A stretch of 64,000 nt of DNA from Endomicrobiales bacterium (GTDB lineage: Bacteria > Elusimicrobiota > Endomicrobiia > Endomicrobiales > JALOBY01). Within the stretch, counting starts at the first letter, position 1. Each line of letters begins with the position of its first letter. This document shows, in pieces, positions 38,006-47,777 of this stretch. A program made the position numbers and the translations under genes. The DNA lies in NCBI GenBank assembly GCA_963796955.1, contig CAWCNJ010000005.1, positions 160,001-224,000 on the forward strand, written 5' to 3'. Under the pieces are notes generated by a model. That model saw only the letters and a list, made by a program, of their open reading frames with translations. It did not search any database and was not told the origin of the DNA.

Positions 38006-38926
38006 ATGACTATAAAAGAACAGCTAACCCTTATCGCGCGCCTATCGGGCAAAACTCAGGAAAAACTCGCAGCCGAACTCGGTGTATCATTCCCGACGAT
38101 CAATAGCTGGATAAACGGAAAAACTGAACCCCGGGCCGCTGCCCGCGACCGCATACAAAAACTGTATCTGCGTCTTACCGGCCAGCATGAAATACCTGCC
38201 GCGCAACTGACAGGGAAAAAGCATGCAATTGCATATGCCGGCACACAACACCCGAACCTGGTAGCTTTACTAAACACCCGCAAAGACCTGTATGACCAAT
38301 TTCTGTTGTCGCTTACCTATAATACCAATCGCATCGAGGGCAGTACCCTAACCGAGCCCGAAACGGCCGCCATCCTGTTCCAAAACACCGCTCTGGCCGA
38401 CAAGTCTATTATCGAACAGATGGAAGTAAAGAACCATCAGTCCGCCTTTGCTTACATGCTGCAGCACATTGCCGAGCGTAAACCGATAACTGAAGAATTT
38501 ATACTTGCCATGCATGCAAAGCTTATGAACGGTATTAGAGAAGACGCAGGCTTGTATCGCAGGCACGCAGTACGCATTGTGGGCTCTCATGTCGCTACAG
38601 CAAATTTCCTTAAAGTGCCCGTACTAATGCCGGAACTGATCAAAATCATCAAGGCGGGCGACAAAGATATTGTTGCCTTTGTATCGCGCATTCACAGCCG
38701 GTTCGAGCAAATTCATCCCTTCTCTGACGGTAATGGCCGTGTGGGCCGCCTATTGTTGTGGGCCATGCTATTACAAAAGAACATCGCCCCCGCAATTATT
38801 GCCCAGGAGAACAGGCGCTACTACATAATGTACCTGAACCAATCGCAGCTACAAGCAGACCAAAGCAGATTAGAGGATTTTATCTGTGATGGTATTTTAA
38901 ACGCTTACGCATTGCTCAAAGCTTAG
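38006..38926 (+). CDS. XRE-HTH-Fic protein
   Basis: TQEKLAAELGVSFPTINSW; TNRIEGS; HPFSDGNGRVGR. Confidence 0.9.
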   Translation: MTIKEQLTLIARLSGKTQEKLAAELGVSFPTINSWINGKTEPRAAARDRIQKLYLRLTGQHEIPAAQLTGKKHAIAYAGTQHPNLVALLNTRKDLYDQFLLSLTYNTNRIEGSTLTEPETAAILFQNTALADKSIIEQMEVKNHQSAFAYMLQHIAERKPITEEFILAMHAKLMNGIREDAGLYRRHAVRIVGSHVATANFLKVPVLMPELIKIIKAGDKDIVAFVSRIHSRFEQIHPFSDGNGRVGRLLLWAMLLQKNIAPAIIAQENRRYYIMYLNQSQLQADQSRLEDFICDGILNAYALLKA

Positions 38927-38994
38927 CGTCGAAGCGGATCCAAGTATGGAAACCGGTCATTGCGCGGGCTTGCCGGATAATATATTGTAAAAAT

Positions 38995-39963
38995 ATGAAA
39001 TCCACAAAAAATTATGTGCTAAGCCATTGCGCGCGTTTCAAAATAATCCCCATACAACCGTATAATTTTCTGCTTACCGTAAAAAAACCCGCCGGCTGGC
39101 ACTGGTTCACTCCGTTCGAGACTTGGGAGAACGGCAGTATCAGCACCGGTTTTTGGTTTCGGCAAATTTCCGGGAAAAAAATACCGCTTGGCATTCGGGT
39201 GCGCCAGGCCGCCAAGGCTCTCGTAATAGAAGCATATTCACAAAAGACGCTGTCCTCCCGGGACCTTGCAAAACTGCGCGATACCATGGCACTGCGGCTC
39301 GGCGCGAAAGAAGATCTGCGCCCGCTTTATGCCGTTATGCGCAAACACCCTGTGCTTAAACATATCGCCAAAAGGCTCTACGGCATGCACGACGCCTGGG
39401 GCAGTGACACCTTCCCTTCGCTAACGCTTGCCGTGCTGCTGCAAATGGCGCCCATTAAACGTTCCCAGGAAATGTGGGACTGCGTTATAAAAAAATACGG
39501 CGATACTGTTAAGTTTAACGGCCGCAAGATACTGCTGTGGCCTACCGAAGAGGTTATCGCGGGCACTTCCGAGAGCGAACTTAGAAAATGTAAGCTCGGA
39601 TACCGGGCCAAAAACCTTTCGCGCCTCGCCCGCCAGCTGCTTAAAGGCTTTCCCTCGGTGGAAGAACTTGCCGCCATGCCGCCCGAGGTATCCAGGGAAA
39701 AGTTGACGGAGCTCTACGGCATAGGCGAATACTCCGCGGATTTCGCGGACCCCCACCCCGGCTTCGCCCTGGACGTGTGGAGCGTAAAAATATTCCACCG
39801 CCTGATCTTTGGCAAACCCGCCCCCATAGACGATCCCCGCTCGGCAATAAAAAAAACCGCCCACGCCGCAGAAAAGCTTTGGGGCAAATGGCGCGGCTAC
39901 ATCCTAACCTACGTCCTTAACGACCTGCCCAACCTAGAAAAACAATTCGGCATCCATGCCTAG
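38995..39963 (+). CDS. HhH-GPD DNA glycosylase (AlkA/Ogg-like)
   Basis: LGYRAK, LTELYGIGEYSA, ALDVW, WGKWRGY. Confidence 0.8.
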   Translation: MKSTKNYVLSHCARFKIIPIQPYNFLLTVKKPAGWHWFTPFETWENGSISTGFWFRQISGKKIPLGIRVRQAAKALVIEAYSQKTLSSRDLAKLRDTMALRLGAKEDLRPLYAVMRKHPVLKHIAKRLYGMHDAWGSDTFPSLTLAVLLQMAPIKRSQEMWDCVIKKYGDTVKFNGRKILLWPTEEVIAGTSESELRKCKLGYRAKNLSRLARQLLKGFPSVEELAAMPPEVSREKLTELYGIGEYSADFADPHPGFALDVWSVKIFHRLIFGKPAPIDDPRSAIKKTAHAAEKLWGKWRGYILTYVLNDLPNLEKQFGIHA

Positions 39964-40056
39964 CCGTACCCCTATCACTTTCCATTCATCCCTCAATAAC
40001 AAAACTTGACATAATCTTGACACATGTCAACTTTAGATGTATAATCTTGACATCGT

Positions 40057-41193
40057 ATGAAAGAAAATATAACTCCGATCGGCAAGTACATCTCACAAAC
40101 AGGCGGGTACAGAGCTTTTGTCCCCGATAACTTTCCTCCCGCACGGTTAACCTACTATGAACCTGAGATAATTTCATTGCTTGCACAAGCCAATCTTCTT
40201 CTTGGCAAACTGGATGGAATAACCAGATTGCTGCCAGACATTGATTTTTTTATTTTCATGTATATAACCAAGGAAGCGGCATATTCAAGCCAAGTGGAAG
40301 GTACGCGTGCTAAACTTACGGATGCCTTGCAGGCTGAAATAGGGGCCACGCAGGAACTGCCGGACGATGTAGGCGATATCATCCATTATATTGAAGCAAT
40401 GAACAAGGGATTGCAGAAGCTTGAAGCACTTCCGTTGTCTTTACGGCTTATCAAGGAAGTGCACGAGACACTTTTAACGGGTGCCAGAAGCCACACATAT
40501 CCCTATCCGGGGGAATTTAGGAAAGTTCAGAATTGGATCATGGGCACCAGCCCTGCCGACGCACGTTTTGTGCCACCCCCTCCAGATAAAATATTGCCCG
40601 CGATGGGTGATCTTGAAAAGTTTATTCACGCAAGATCAGAAATTCCGGCGCTGATCAAGGCCGCCCTGATCCATAGTCAATTTGAAACTATACACCCATT
40701 CATTGATGGTAACGGAAGAACCGGCAGGCTGTTGATAACATTTTACCTTTGTCAGCAGGGAATGCTGGAAAAACCCGTCCTTTACCTGTCGGAATATTTC
40801 AAGAAACACAGAGACCTCTATTTTGCCCTTCTTGATGGCTACCGGAGGGGAAATGTTCAGCCTTGGTTGGAGTTTTTCTTAAAAGGTATCGTAAATGTTG
40901 CCACCGAGGCAGCCATTACCTCAGGCAAAATAGTCTCATTGCGAGAGAAAGACCTGCACACTGTATCAGGGTTGGGCAGGGCCAGCAAAAATGCGGTCGT
41001 CCTTCTTAAGAATCTTTACAAACAGCCGATAATTAACGTACGCAAGATCCAGGAAGTTACTGGCGTCTCAAGGGAAGCCGCTAATACCATCGCGAAACGG
41101 TTTATGGATCTGGGTATATTATCATTGAAAGATGCGGGTAAAAGCTACGACCGCATTTTTGTGTATAAGAAGTATCTGACACTATTTGAATAG
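40057..41193 (+). CDS. Fic-family protein
   Basis: SSQVEGT, HPFIDGNGRTGR. Confidence 0.9.
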   Translation: MKENITPIGKYISQTGGYRAFVPDNFPPARLTYYEPEIISLLAQANLLLGKLDGITRLLPDIDFFIFMYITKEAAYSSQVEGTRAKLTDALQAEIGATQELPDDVGDIIHYIEAMNKGLQKLEALPLSLRLIKEVHETLLTGARSHTYPYPGEFRKVQNWIMGTSPADARFVPPPPDKILPAMGDLEKFIHARSEIPALIKAALIHSQFETIHPFIDGNGRTGRLLITFYLCQQGMLEKPVLYLSEYFKKHRDLYFALLDGYRRGNVQPWLEFFLKGIVNVATEAAITSGKIVSLREKDLHTVSGLGRASKNAVVLLKNLYKQPIINVRKIQEVTGVSREAANTIAKRFMDLGILSLKDAGKSYDRIFVYKKYLTLFE

Positions 41194-41196
41194 TAT

Positions 41197-41248
41197 AATA
41201 AAACAAACCGCCGGCGAAAACCCTCCCCTATCCTGCGGCGGCTGTAAG
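41197..41248 (+). repeat. Duplicated 3' end of the DGC gene
   Basis: Matches 37385-37457 apart from an internal deletion and a few substitutions. Confidence 0.8.
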
Positions 41249-41283
41249 TAGCGGAATAATGTGAAAACCAGTTTGGAGAACAT

Positions 41284-41787
41284 ATGGCGAATAATTTTAA
41301 CTTAAGCGAGATCGTTAAGTACGGCGTACAAATTGAAAAGAACGGCAGGGATTTTTACGATCACGCCTCTAAAGCCGTGAAGGCGGAAAGGGTACGGCAG
41401 GTATTTGAATATATTTCCAACGAAGAACAACAGCATATCGCAATTTTTGAGAGTATTTTAAGCAAAATTGATGAGAATACCAGGCCCGCCGGAAAATGCC
41501 CCGCCGAATACGTGGAATATCTGCAGGCGCTTATAAAAGATAACCCATTTACAAACAACAAACAGGGCTACGAGATAGCAAGGACCATAAGGAACGATAA
41601 GCACGCCCTTGAGCTGGCTATAGCTGTAGAAAAAGATACCCTGCTATTTTACCACGAACTGAAAAAACTGCTTGCTGCCGCCTGCCAGAACGATACAGAT
41701 ACCCTTATCGCCAACGAACAAGATCACTTCAATAAACTAGCTGACGTATATAAAGGCTTCAACACCTTCGGTGTAAACAGAGGCTAA
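41284..41787 (+). CDS. Rubrerythrin/ferritin-like protein
   Basis: E..G..FY, EEQQH, EKDTLLFY, EQDH. Confidence 0.85.
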   Translation: MANNFNLSEIVKYGVQIEKNGRDFYDHASKAVKAERVRQVFEYISNEEQQHIAIFESILSKIDENTRPAGKCPAEYVEYLQALIKDNPFTNNKQGYEIARTIRNDKHALELAIAVEKDTLLFYHELKKLLAAACQNDTDTLIANEQDHFNKLADVYKGFNTFGVNRG

Positions 41788-41825
41788 GCGCACTACACAC
41801 TAACCTGTAAAAAATTCTTACAAGT

Positions 41826-42131
41826 TCAGGCGCCTTGTTTTTTATCAAGTTTTTCCAGGCCTATAATTTTTACTCCGAAGTACACTACGCAGGCTATTAC
41901 CACAAAATCAATTGATGTGCTTATAAAGTCGCCTACCTTAAGTTGCGCGGTGCCAATTTGCACGGTGGCTTCTTTCAGGGTGCCGGCAGCGCCAAGCACC
42001 ACGCCCAGCAGCGGGCTTACAATATCGGTTATAAGCGCCGTAACTAACTTTGCCACAGCACCGCCCAGAATAAAGCCAACGGCCAGGCCTACTACGCCCT
42101 GCGTGCGAATAAATTCAAAAAATCCTTTCAT
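41826..42131 (-). CDS. mscL: Large-conductance mechanosensitive channel (short form)
   Basis: F.EFI...GVVGLAVGFILGGA...LV..L..DIV.P, GDFI. Confidence 0.85.
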   Translation of the reverse strand: MKGFFEFIRTQGVVGLAVGFILGGAVAKLVTALITDIVSPLLGVVLGAAGTLKEATVQIGTAQLKVGDFISTSIDFVVIACVVYFGVKIIGLEKLDKKQGA

Positions 42132-42142
42132 TGTGCCCCCGG

Positions 42143-42994
42143 TTAAAACAGGCCGTACGACAACCCAAACATTACCGTTAAACGCTTTTCAACGTCTTGC
42201 GGCCACGCCGGGTGCGGCAGCCTGTCGTAGTTGTATATTGCCAGATAACTTACCTGCATAGTTACCAGCTTAGATATTTTTACGTAAAGCGAGTTGTCCC
42301 AGCGCAGGTCACAGCCGCCTTTTAAGCCCGAAAATACGTTCGCCTCCGAAGTAAACTTAACATTCTCATTAACCGCAAGATCGTAGTTGGTTACCCATTC
42401 AATACCCGTATTGTCACGGCGTTCTTCTATTACAGCGGTGGCCGGGTCGTCGGCTAAAGAAGATATTGCCGCGCCACCCGCCGGCAGCGGTCTTTCCTTG
42501 GCAGAGTCAAAAAATTGTTTCGCCGCAAAGCCCGCCCGGGTGCGCAACTCCTGCCCCGGTTTTTTAATAAGCCACAAGCCGTTGCCTAAAGACTCGGTAT
42601 AGGTAGCCGGGTCCGTAAAGCGCCAGTTCTGGGTGTCCAGAATAAAACCAACGTACGGGTTTACGTAATGCGAAAGTTTTAGCGTGTACACGCTGGTAAA
42701 ATATACCGTGTCGGCGCTGGTTTGCTCGTCAGAGCCGGCGTTCTTGGTACGGCCGTACTCTTCTTTAAGCGTAGTTATCCAGTTAGTATACGTTACGTTC
42801 CTTTCGGCAGAGGCCTCAAGCTTTGCGCCCCAGCTTAAAGAATCCTTTTCAGGCCCCGTCCAGCTATCCGAAACGTCGGTCGCATTGTAGCTGGCGCCAA
42901 GTATGCCCTTAAGCGCCCACGCAGGCCCCGCCGCAAACACACGCCCGCCCGCCAACAGCACTGCCATAAACACTATTACCTTTCTCATAAACAT
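42143..42994 (-). CDS. Outer-membrane beta-barrel protein (DUF3078/DUF481-like)
   Basis: Signal peptide, beta-strand pattern, terminal Phe. Confidence 0.7.
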   Translation of the reverse strand: MFMRKVIVFMAVLLAGGRVFAAGPAWALKGILGASYNATDVSDSWTGPEKDSLSWGAKLEASAERNVTYTNWITTLKEEYGRTKNAGSDEQTSADTVYFTSVYTLKLSHYVNPYVGFILDTQNWRFTDPATYTESLGNGLWLIKKPGQELRTRAGFAAKQFFDSAKERPLPAGGAAISSLADDPATAVIEERRDNTGIEWVTNYDLAVNENVKFTSEANVFSGLKGGCDLRWDNSLYVKISKLVTMQVSYLAIYNYDRLPHPAWPQDVEKRLTVMFGLSYGLF

Positions 42995-43311
42995 AGCAGA
43001 ACCCCGCCTGTCCATGCCATCCTCCCTTACCAGCAATATTCCCACATTCTGCCAAAACCGCCGCCGCCCTTCAATACAACCAACTGATCGTTTTCACCCT
43101 GCCGCGCCCCGACCAGTTTTTCTTGAATTACCCGTCGCGAAGAGGTACAATTAGCCTATGCAAGCACCCAGGGGAGAAGCGAACAACTACAAGGACGCAT
43201 AATTCAGGCCACACGGCACTATTAGCCGGGTGGTTTTTGTTGGTGTAGGTCAATACTTCATTACTTAACAACGTCCCGGAGTTCCACGTTTGCGCAGCAA
43301 CGGTAAATCAA

Positions 43312-43587
43312 GTGAGAAAACGCGATACAATTTACGCTCTAAATGAGTCTTGCGTAATCAAGTTGTCTTTTGACATAACAAAAAATCGTACTGCTGCCGA
43401 AATTTCTGTTAAGGTTATACGAGAAACCAGCAAGTTGATGAATCTGATGGCGTACGTCAACAAAGCGGACAGGCTTAAGGTCCCGCTCGGCCCGCAGTAC
43501 GGCAAAATACGGCAAGAGATCGCCCGCGCACCGGACATCGTAAAGTTGCTGCTGGGGATGAATTGCGATGGGGAACCCAGGGAATAG
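43312..43587 (+). CDS. Hypothetical protein or fragment
   Basis: 91-aa ORF only. Confidence 0.3.
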   Translation: MRKRDTIYALNESCVIKLSFDITKNRTAAEISVKVIRETSKLMNLMAYVNKADRLKVPLGPQYGKIRQEIARAPDIVKLLLGMNCDGEPRE

Positions 43588-43633
43588 GTTAAGTAAATAT
43601 AGCCTGACATCTTAAATTAGGAGAGTAATTCAC

Positions 43634-43954
43634 ATGGAAGACAAAGGTGGACTTACGATTTATGCGCTCAAGGATGGAGGTTCCGGGCTAACGGTGCGGC
43701 TTGAACAAGAAACGGTGTGGCTAAATATGCTTCAGATTACAAAACTGTTTAGAAGGGATAAGTCTGTTATTTCGCGGCACATCAGGAATATCTACAAAGA
43801 GCATGAATTATCAAGGGAAACATCTGTTGCAAATTTTGCAACAGATGTAGGGGATGGCAGGGTTTTTGCGGCTCGGCGATCTGGAAAACCTGTACCGCTA
43901 TATGAAGGATACCCTAACCGTAACTTCCATGAACATCAACCGCTTGCGCATTGA
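43634..43954 (+). pseudogene. RhuM-like (virulence/DNA-binding) N-terminal fragment
   Basis: VRLEQETVWL...I..LF.RDKSVISRHIRNIYKE.EL...SVANFAT; similarity ends near 43860. Confidence 0.7.
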
Positions 43955-44128
43955 CTCAGCGCGCCAAAAAGACTTCGCCGTGCTTGTCGAAGACATCGAC
44001 AAGATCAGGAAGGAAGTGAACTTGCTGAGAAAGAAGATGAAAAAAGACTGATTGCAAAAGCTGTGCGCGATCAAGGGTGAAATATAAAAACCAGACATTC
44101 ATGAACTGCGAACTAGTCAAAAAGTCAA

Positions 44129-44171
44129 GTCTGACACCGGCACACCGGCACACCGGCACACCGGCACCGGC
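44129..44171 (-). repeat. Solo element-end motif GTCTGACACCG with an 8-bp tandem stutter
   Basis: ACACCGGC x4 (44134-44165) plus a partial copy. Confidence 0.85.
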
Positions 44172-44447
44172 ATTAAAGTCATGCAACGTTTTCATTCTTG
44201 TTAGACCACTCGTTACGCCTGTTGTTTCCTCAATCTCTAATAACAGCTAGCATTGACTTTCCTTTTTTGAACCAAATACAATCTCTAAACAATGCAGATT
44301 TAACCGCCTCATAATAGGCAGGCAACATTCTTTCATGCCTAATGATGAGTGTCGTTAACAGGTATTTTATCAAATATAAGCAAATATGCAGGCGTCGCGG
44401 ATTGACGTTCCGATATGCCTGCATAATGTGTGATAAACCGTATCAGT

Positions 44448-44591
44448 TTATTTTGTATGGCGGTGGTGGTCAGGTGCTTGTGTTAGAACAGATGCAGCCA
44501 CTGACTTTACCGCTTTTGACGATCTTCCATCGCGTAGCAGTTTAGATGCGATTCGCGCAATACGGTACGAAGTTCTCTCATTTTGTGCCAT
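44448..44591 (-). CDS. 47-aa basic small protein (not in the ORF track)
   Basis: MAQNERTSYRIARIASKLLRDGRSSKAVKSVAASVLTQAPDHHRHTK with GAGGTG RBS. Confidence 0.65.
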   Translation of the reverse strand: MAQNERTSYRIARIASKLLRDGRSSKAVKSVAASVLTQAPDHHRHTK

Positions 44592-44802
44592 AGTATAGCT
44601 CACCTCTCTGTTAATACCATTCAATATAGCTTGGTTTCACTTTGAATAATCATTCGCTATTTCTTATCGACCTACAATGTTTCTAAGAATTAGACCTGCG
44701 AACAAATTATATATTAAACTAACAAATTATATTTATTGTGTCAAGTTTTAAGGACTTAATAATGTTATTGACATATAAGAAATTATCTGCTACAGTCTAA
44801 GC

Positions 44803-45459
44803 ATGCACACCATCCAACAGCAGTTGCTTGCCTTGTCTAAAAAGAAAAATCTGGCGCAGTTAAGTTTGCGAGAAATGGCAAATCATATCGGAATGCCAGG
44901 CGAATCTCCTCAAAAAATAAAGCATCATCTTATGCAGTTAGAGAAAAAAGGGTTTTTGAACATTGATCGTGCTACGGGCAAGATGGATCGTTCTTCGGCC
45001 TCTCCTGGATGGGCCCAGGGACTATTACAGACGACCTCAAATATTTTTTCAATTCCTGTCATCGGCACTGCAAATTGTGGTCCTGCCACTATCTATGCTG
45101 AGCAGAACTTTCAAGGCTTTCTACGTGTTTCAAGCAGGCTTGTGGGACGTTCAAAACCTAAAGGTTTATATGCAATCAAAACAAGCGGCTCTTCGATGAA
45201 TAGGGCAGAAATTAACGGAAAGCGTATTGAAGACGGCGATTATGTAATAATTGATAGCCTTGATAAAACTCCTCATACCGGGGATGTGGTTGTTGCGATT
45301 GTAGATAATAAAGGGACAATTAAACGTTTTATAGATGATAGAGAAAATGGACAAGTTGTTCTTCGTGCAGATTCGTCCTTCGATTATGAACCGATCTATC
45401 TTCATCCAGATGATGATTTCAGCATAAGCGGAAAGGTTATTGGCATAATAAAGAATTAA
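44803..45459 (+). CDS. LexA/CI-like repressor with S24 peptidase domain
   Basis: N-terminal wHTH, ANCG cleavage site, GSSM serine, TIKR lysine. Confidence 0.85.
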   Translation: MHTIQQQLLALSKKKNLAQLSLREMANHIGMPGESPQKIKHHLMQLEKKGFLNIDRATGKMDRSSASPGWAQGLLQTTSNIFSIPVIGTANCGPATIYAEQNFQGFLRVSSRLVGRSKPKGLYAIKTSGSSMNRAEINGKRIEDGDYVIIDSLDKTPHTGDVVVAIVDNKGTIKRFIDDRENGQVVLRADSSFDYEPIYLHPDDDFSISGKVIGIIKN

Positions 45460-45541
45460 ATTACAGGGCTTGAAATATGCTATAATCCATTTAGTTTATG
45501 TGTTATAGCCTTCAAGTCTAAAAGGGTTGAAGGTGAAAAAA

Positions 45542-46579
45542 ATGAAAAAAATGCGAAAAAAAATTATTCTTTCCGAGACACCAGCAAAAACAATTCGATT
45601 TGTCGATTTGTTCTGCGGCATAGGGGCATTTAGGCTTGCCATTGAATCAGCGAGCAGGGGTCTTAACATCATACCGGAATGCAAATTCTCTAGCGATATT
45701 GATCCCAATTGTCAGAAACAGTATAACGATAATTTCAGTGAGTTTCCTAATGGCGATATAACGAAAGTAGCTGCCGAAGATATACCAGATCATGATATTC
45801 TCTTGGCAGGCTTTCCGTGCCAACCATTCAGTATTATTGGCAATATGAAAGGTTTTGCGGATATAAGAGGCACACTGTTTTTTGATATTGCAAGAATAAT
45901 TGAAGCTAAAAATCCCCAAGCTTTCGTGCTTGAAAATGTGAAACTTCTGAAAGGACATAATGAGGGGCGCACGATTTCTCGAATTATGGAGACTTTACGG
46001 GATTTAGGATATCATGCGGATTATAGGGTATTCAATGCGCTTGATTTTGGCTTGCCGCAGAAGAGAGAAAGAATTTTTATAGTTGGTTTCAAAAATCCAT
46101 GTTCATTTGAATGGCCTGTTGGCAATGTGCCGATGAAGCCTCTTTCGAAGATTTTAGAAAAGAATGTATCTAAACAACATTACGCTTCCGAAAGAATACG
46201 GCAAAAGAGGCTCAAGCATTTAAAGCCTACAAAAGAGCCAATGATCTGGCATGAGAATAAAGCTGGTCACGTAAGCGCATATCCGTACTCATGCGCACTA
46301 AGGGCGGGAGCATCCTATAACTACTTGTTAGTTAACGGGGAAAGAAGATTAACTCCTCGTGAAATGTTTAGATTGCAGGGTGTTCCAGATTCTTATAAAA
46401 TCATATGCAATGATTCGCAAGCTAGAAAACAAGCTGGCAATAGTCTGCCGGTTCCTATGGCGGAAGCAGTGATAAGGAATGTTCTAAAGTCGCTTGGGAA
46501 AGATGACAAAAGTTATCCGTTATCGTATCCCTCAATCGAGAAACAATTATTTTGGTGTGAGAATCCAATAAACCCATAA
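45542..46579 (+). CDS. DNA cytosine-5 methyltransferase
   Basis: DLFCGIG, GFPCQPFS, ENV, PQKRERIF, QAGNS. Confidence 0.95.
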   Translation: MKKMRKKIILSETPAKTIRFVDLFCGIGAFRLAIESASRGLNIIPECKFSSDIDPNCQKQYNDNFSEFPNGDITKVAAEDIPDHDILLAGFPCQPFSIIGNMKGFADIRGTLFFDIARIIEAKNPQAFVLENVKLLKGHNEGRTISRIMETLRDLGYHADYRVFNALDFGLPQKRERIFIVGFKNPCSFEWPVGNVPMKPLSKILEKNVSKQHYASERIRQKRLKHLKPTKEPMIWHENKAGHVSAYPYSCALRAGASYNYLLVNGERRLTPREMFRLQGVPDSYKIICNDSQARKQAGNSLPVPMAEAVIRNVLKSLGKDDKSYPLSYPSIEKQLFWCENPINP

Positions 46580-47313
46580 TGAAAGGTCCTAAGCTCAGGA
46601 TTGTAGACAAATACGGTGCTCCATATCCATTGAACAAGTTTCCTAAAGATTTTGCTTACAACTTAGGAAGAGAGATAGTTTATTTTCTTGCATCAAGAGG
46701 CACTCCAAGACTGGAAGGCACTGATTGGGAAGAGATTTTTGCCAGATTGGTTGGCGCGCAATGGAAACCCTCCAACGTTGGGCTTGATGATATTATTTCT
46801 GGTAAGACAGCTTGGGGCGCAAAAACCGTTAAAAATGCTAACCCATTTAAGGCTTCAGCAATTCGTCTAATATCTGGCCGCAATTCTCCCATTTATTCTT
46901 TTGGAGCTGGTGAAATAGTTAATTGCGATCCCGATGAATTAGGCAAGCAAATATTGGCAATATGGAACGCGCGTGTAGCTGAAGTGCGCTGTGCTTTCAA
47001 AAATCTTAGAACAGTCGTACTGATTAAATCCGACGATTTGCTCGAACTTTCTGCGTATGAATTTAATACTGAAGAGTTTTCTCAAGAAGGTTATTATTGG
47101 GAATGGAATAAAAATAAAAATTTAACTGGATTTGACGCAAAGACGAAAGAACACATCTTTACATGGCAACCTCACGGCTCCCAGTTTACAGTGCTAGAAA
47201 AAGTTCCTGAACAACGAGTTGCAATCCGCATTAAGAAACCTCCCAAGTTAGATAAAGAAACCATCCTCAAAACCCTCAAGTTTGACAACTCCTGGATACA
47301 GGTAATTAAATAG
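46579..47313 (+). CDS. Putative type II restriction endonuclease
   Basis: Coupled between the MTase and Vsr genes; WEEIF..LDD..WGAKTVK PD-(D/E)XK-like pattern. Confidence 0.65.
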   Translation: MKGPKLRIVDKYGAPYPLNKFPKDFAYNLGREIVYFLASRGTPRLEGTDWEEIFARLVGAQWKPSNVGLDDIISGKTAWGAKTVKNANPFKASAIRLISGRNSPIYSFGAGEIVNCDPDELGKQILAIWNARVAEVRCAFKNLRTVVLIKSDDLLELSAYEFNTEEFSQEGYYWEWNKNKNLTGFDAKTKEHIFTWQPHGSQFTVLEKVPEQRVAIRIKKPPKLDKETILKTLKFDNSWIQVIK

Positions 47314-47319
47314 CTTTCT

Positions 47320-47733
47320 ATGGACAATGTTTCTCGACAAGAGCGTTCTCGTATAATGTCTCTTGTTCGATCGAAAGGAAACAAATCCACTGAGCTCAAG
47401 TTTGTTACATTACTAAAAGAAAACGGTATTAAGGGGTGGCGAAGATCCTACAAATTGACAGGGAATCCTGATATCGTTTTTCCTAAGAATAAGATTGCTG
47501 TTTTCATTGATGGTTGTTTTTGGCATAGTTGTCCGGTTCATTTAAGATTACCGTTCGACAATAGGGTATACTGGAAGGGAAAAATTGCTCGAAACGTAAA
47601 AAGAGACAGGCTAATTGTCAAAACACTGAGGGCAATGGGGTGGCGCGTAATAAGATTTTGGGAGCATGAATTAAAAGGTTCAAATAGATATGGCCTGGCA
47701 AAGTTAAATAAAATTAATTTGCTGATGAAATAG
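47320..47733 (+). CDS. vsr: Very short patch repair endonuclease
   Basis: MD......RSRIMS, PDIVF, FIDGCFWH.CP, N..RD, GWRVIRFWEHE. Confidence 0.95.
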   Translation: MDNVSRQERSRIMSLVRSKGNKSTELKFVTLLKENGIKGWRRSYKLTGNPDIVFPKNKIAVFIDGCFWHSCPVHLRLPFDNRVYWKGKIARNVKRDRLIVKTLRAMGWRVIRFWEHELKGSNRYGLAKLNKINLLMK

Positions 47734-47777
47734 ATGGGTTCTAGTTAAAACAGGTTAGGACATAGTGACATAGGAAA

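Noticed and set aside
41176..41184. TCTGACACT as another element end
   Set aside because: Short partial match inside the Fic coding sequence; expected by chance.
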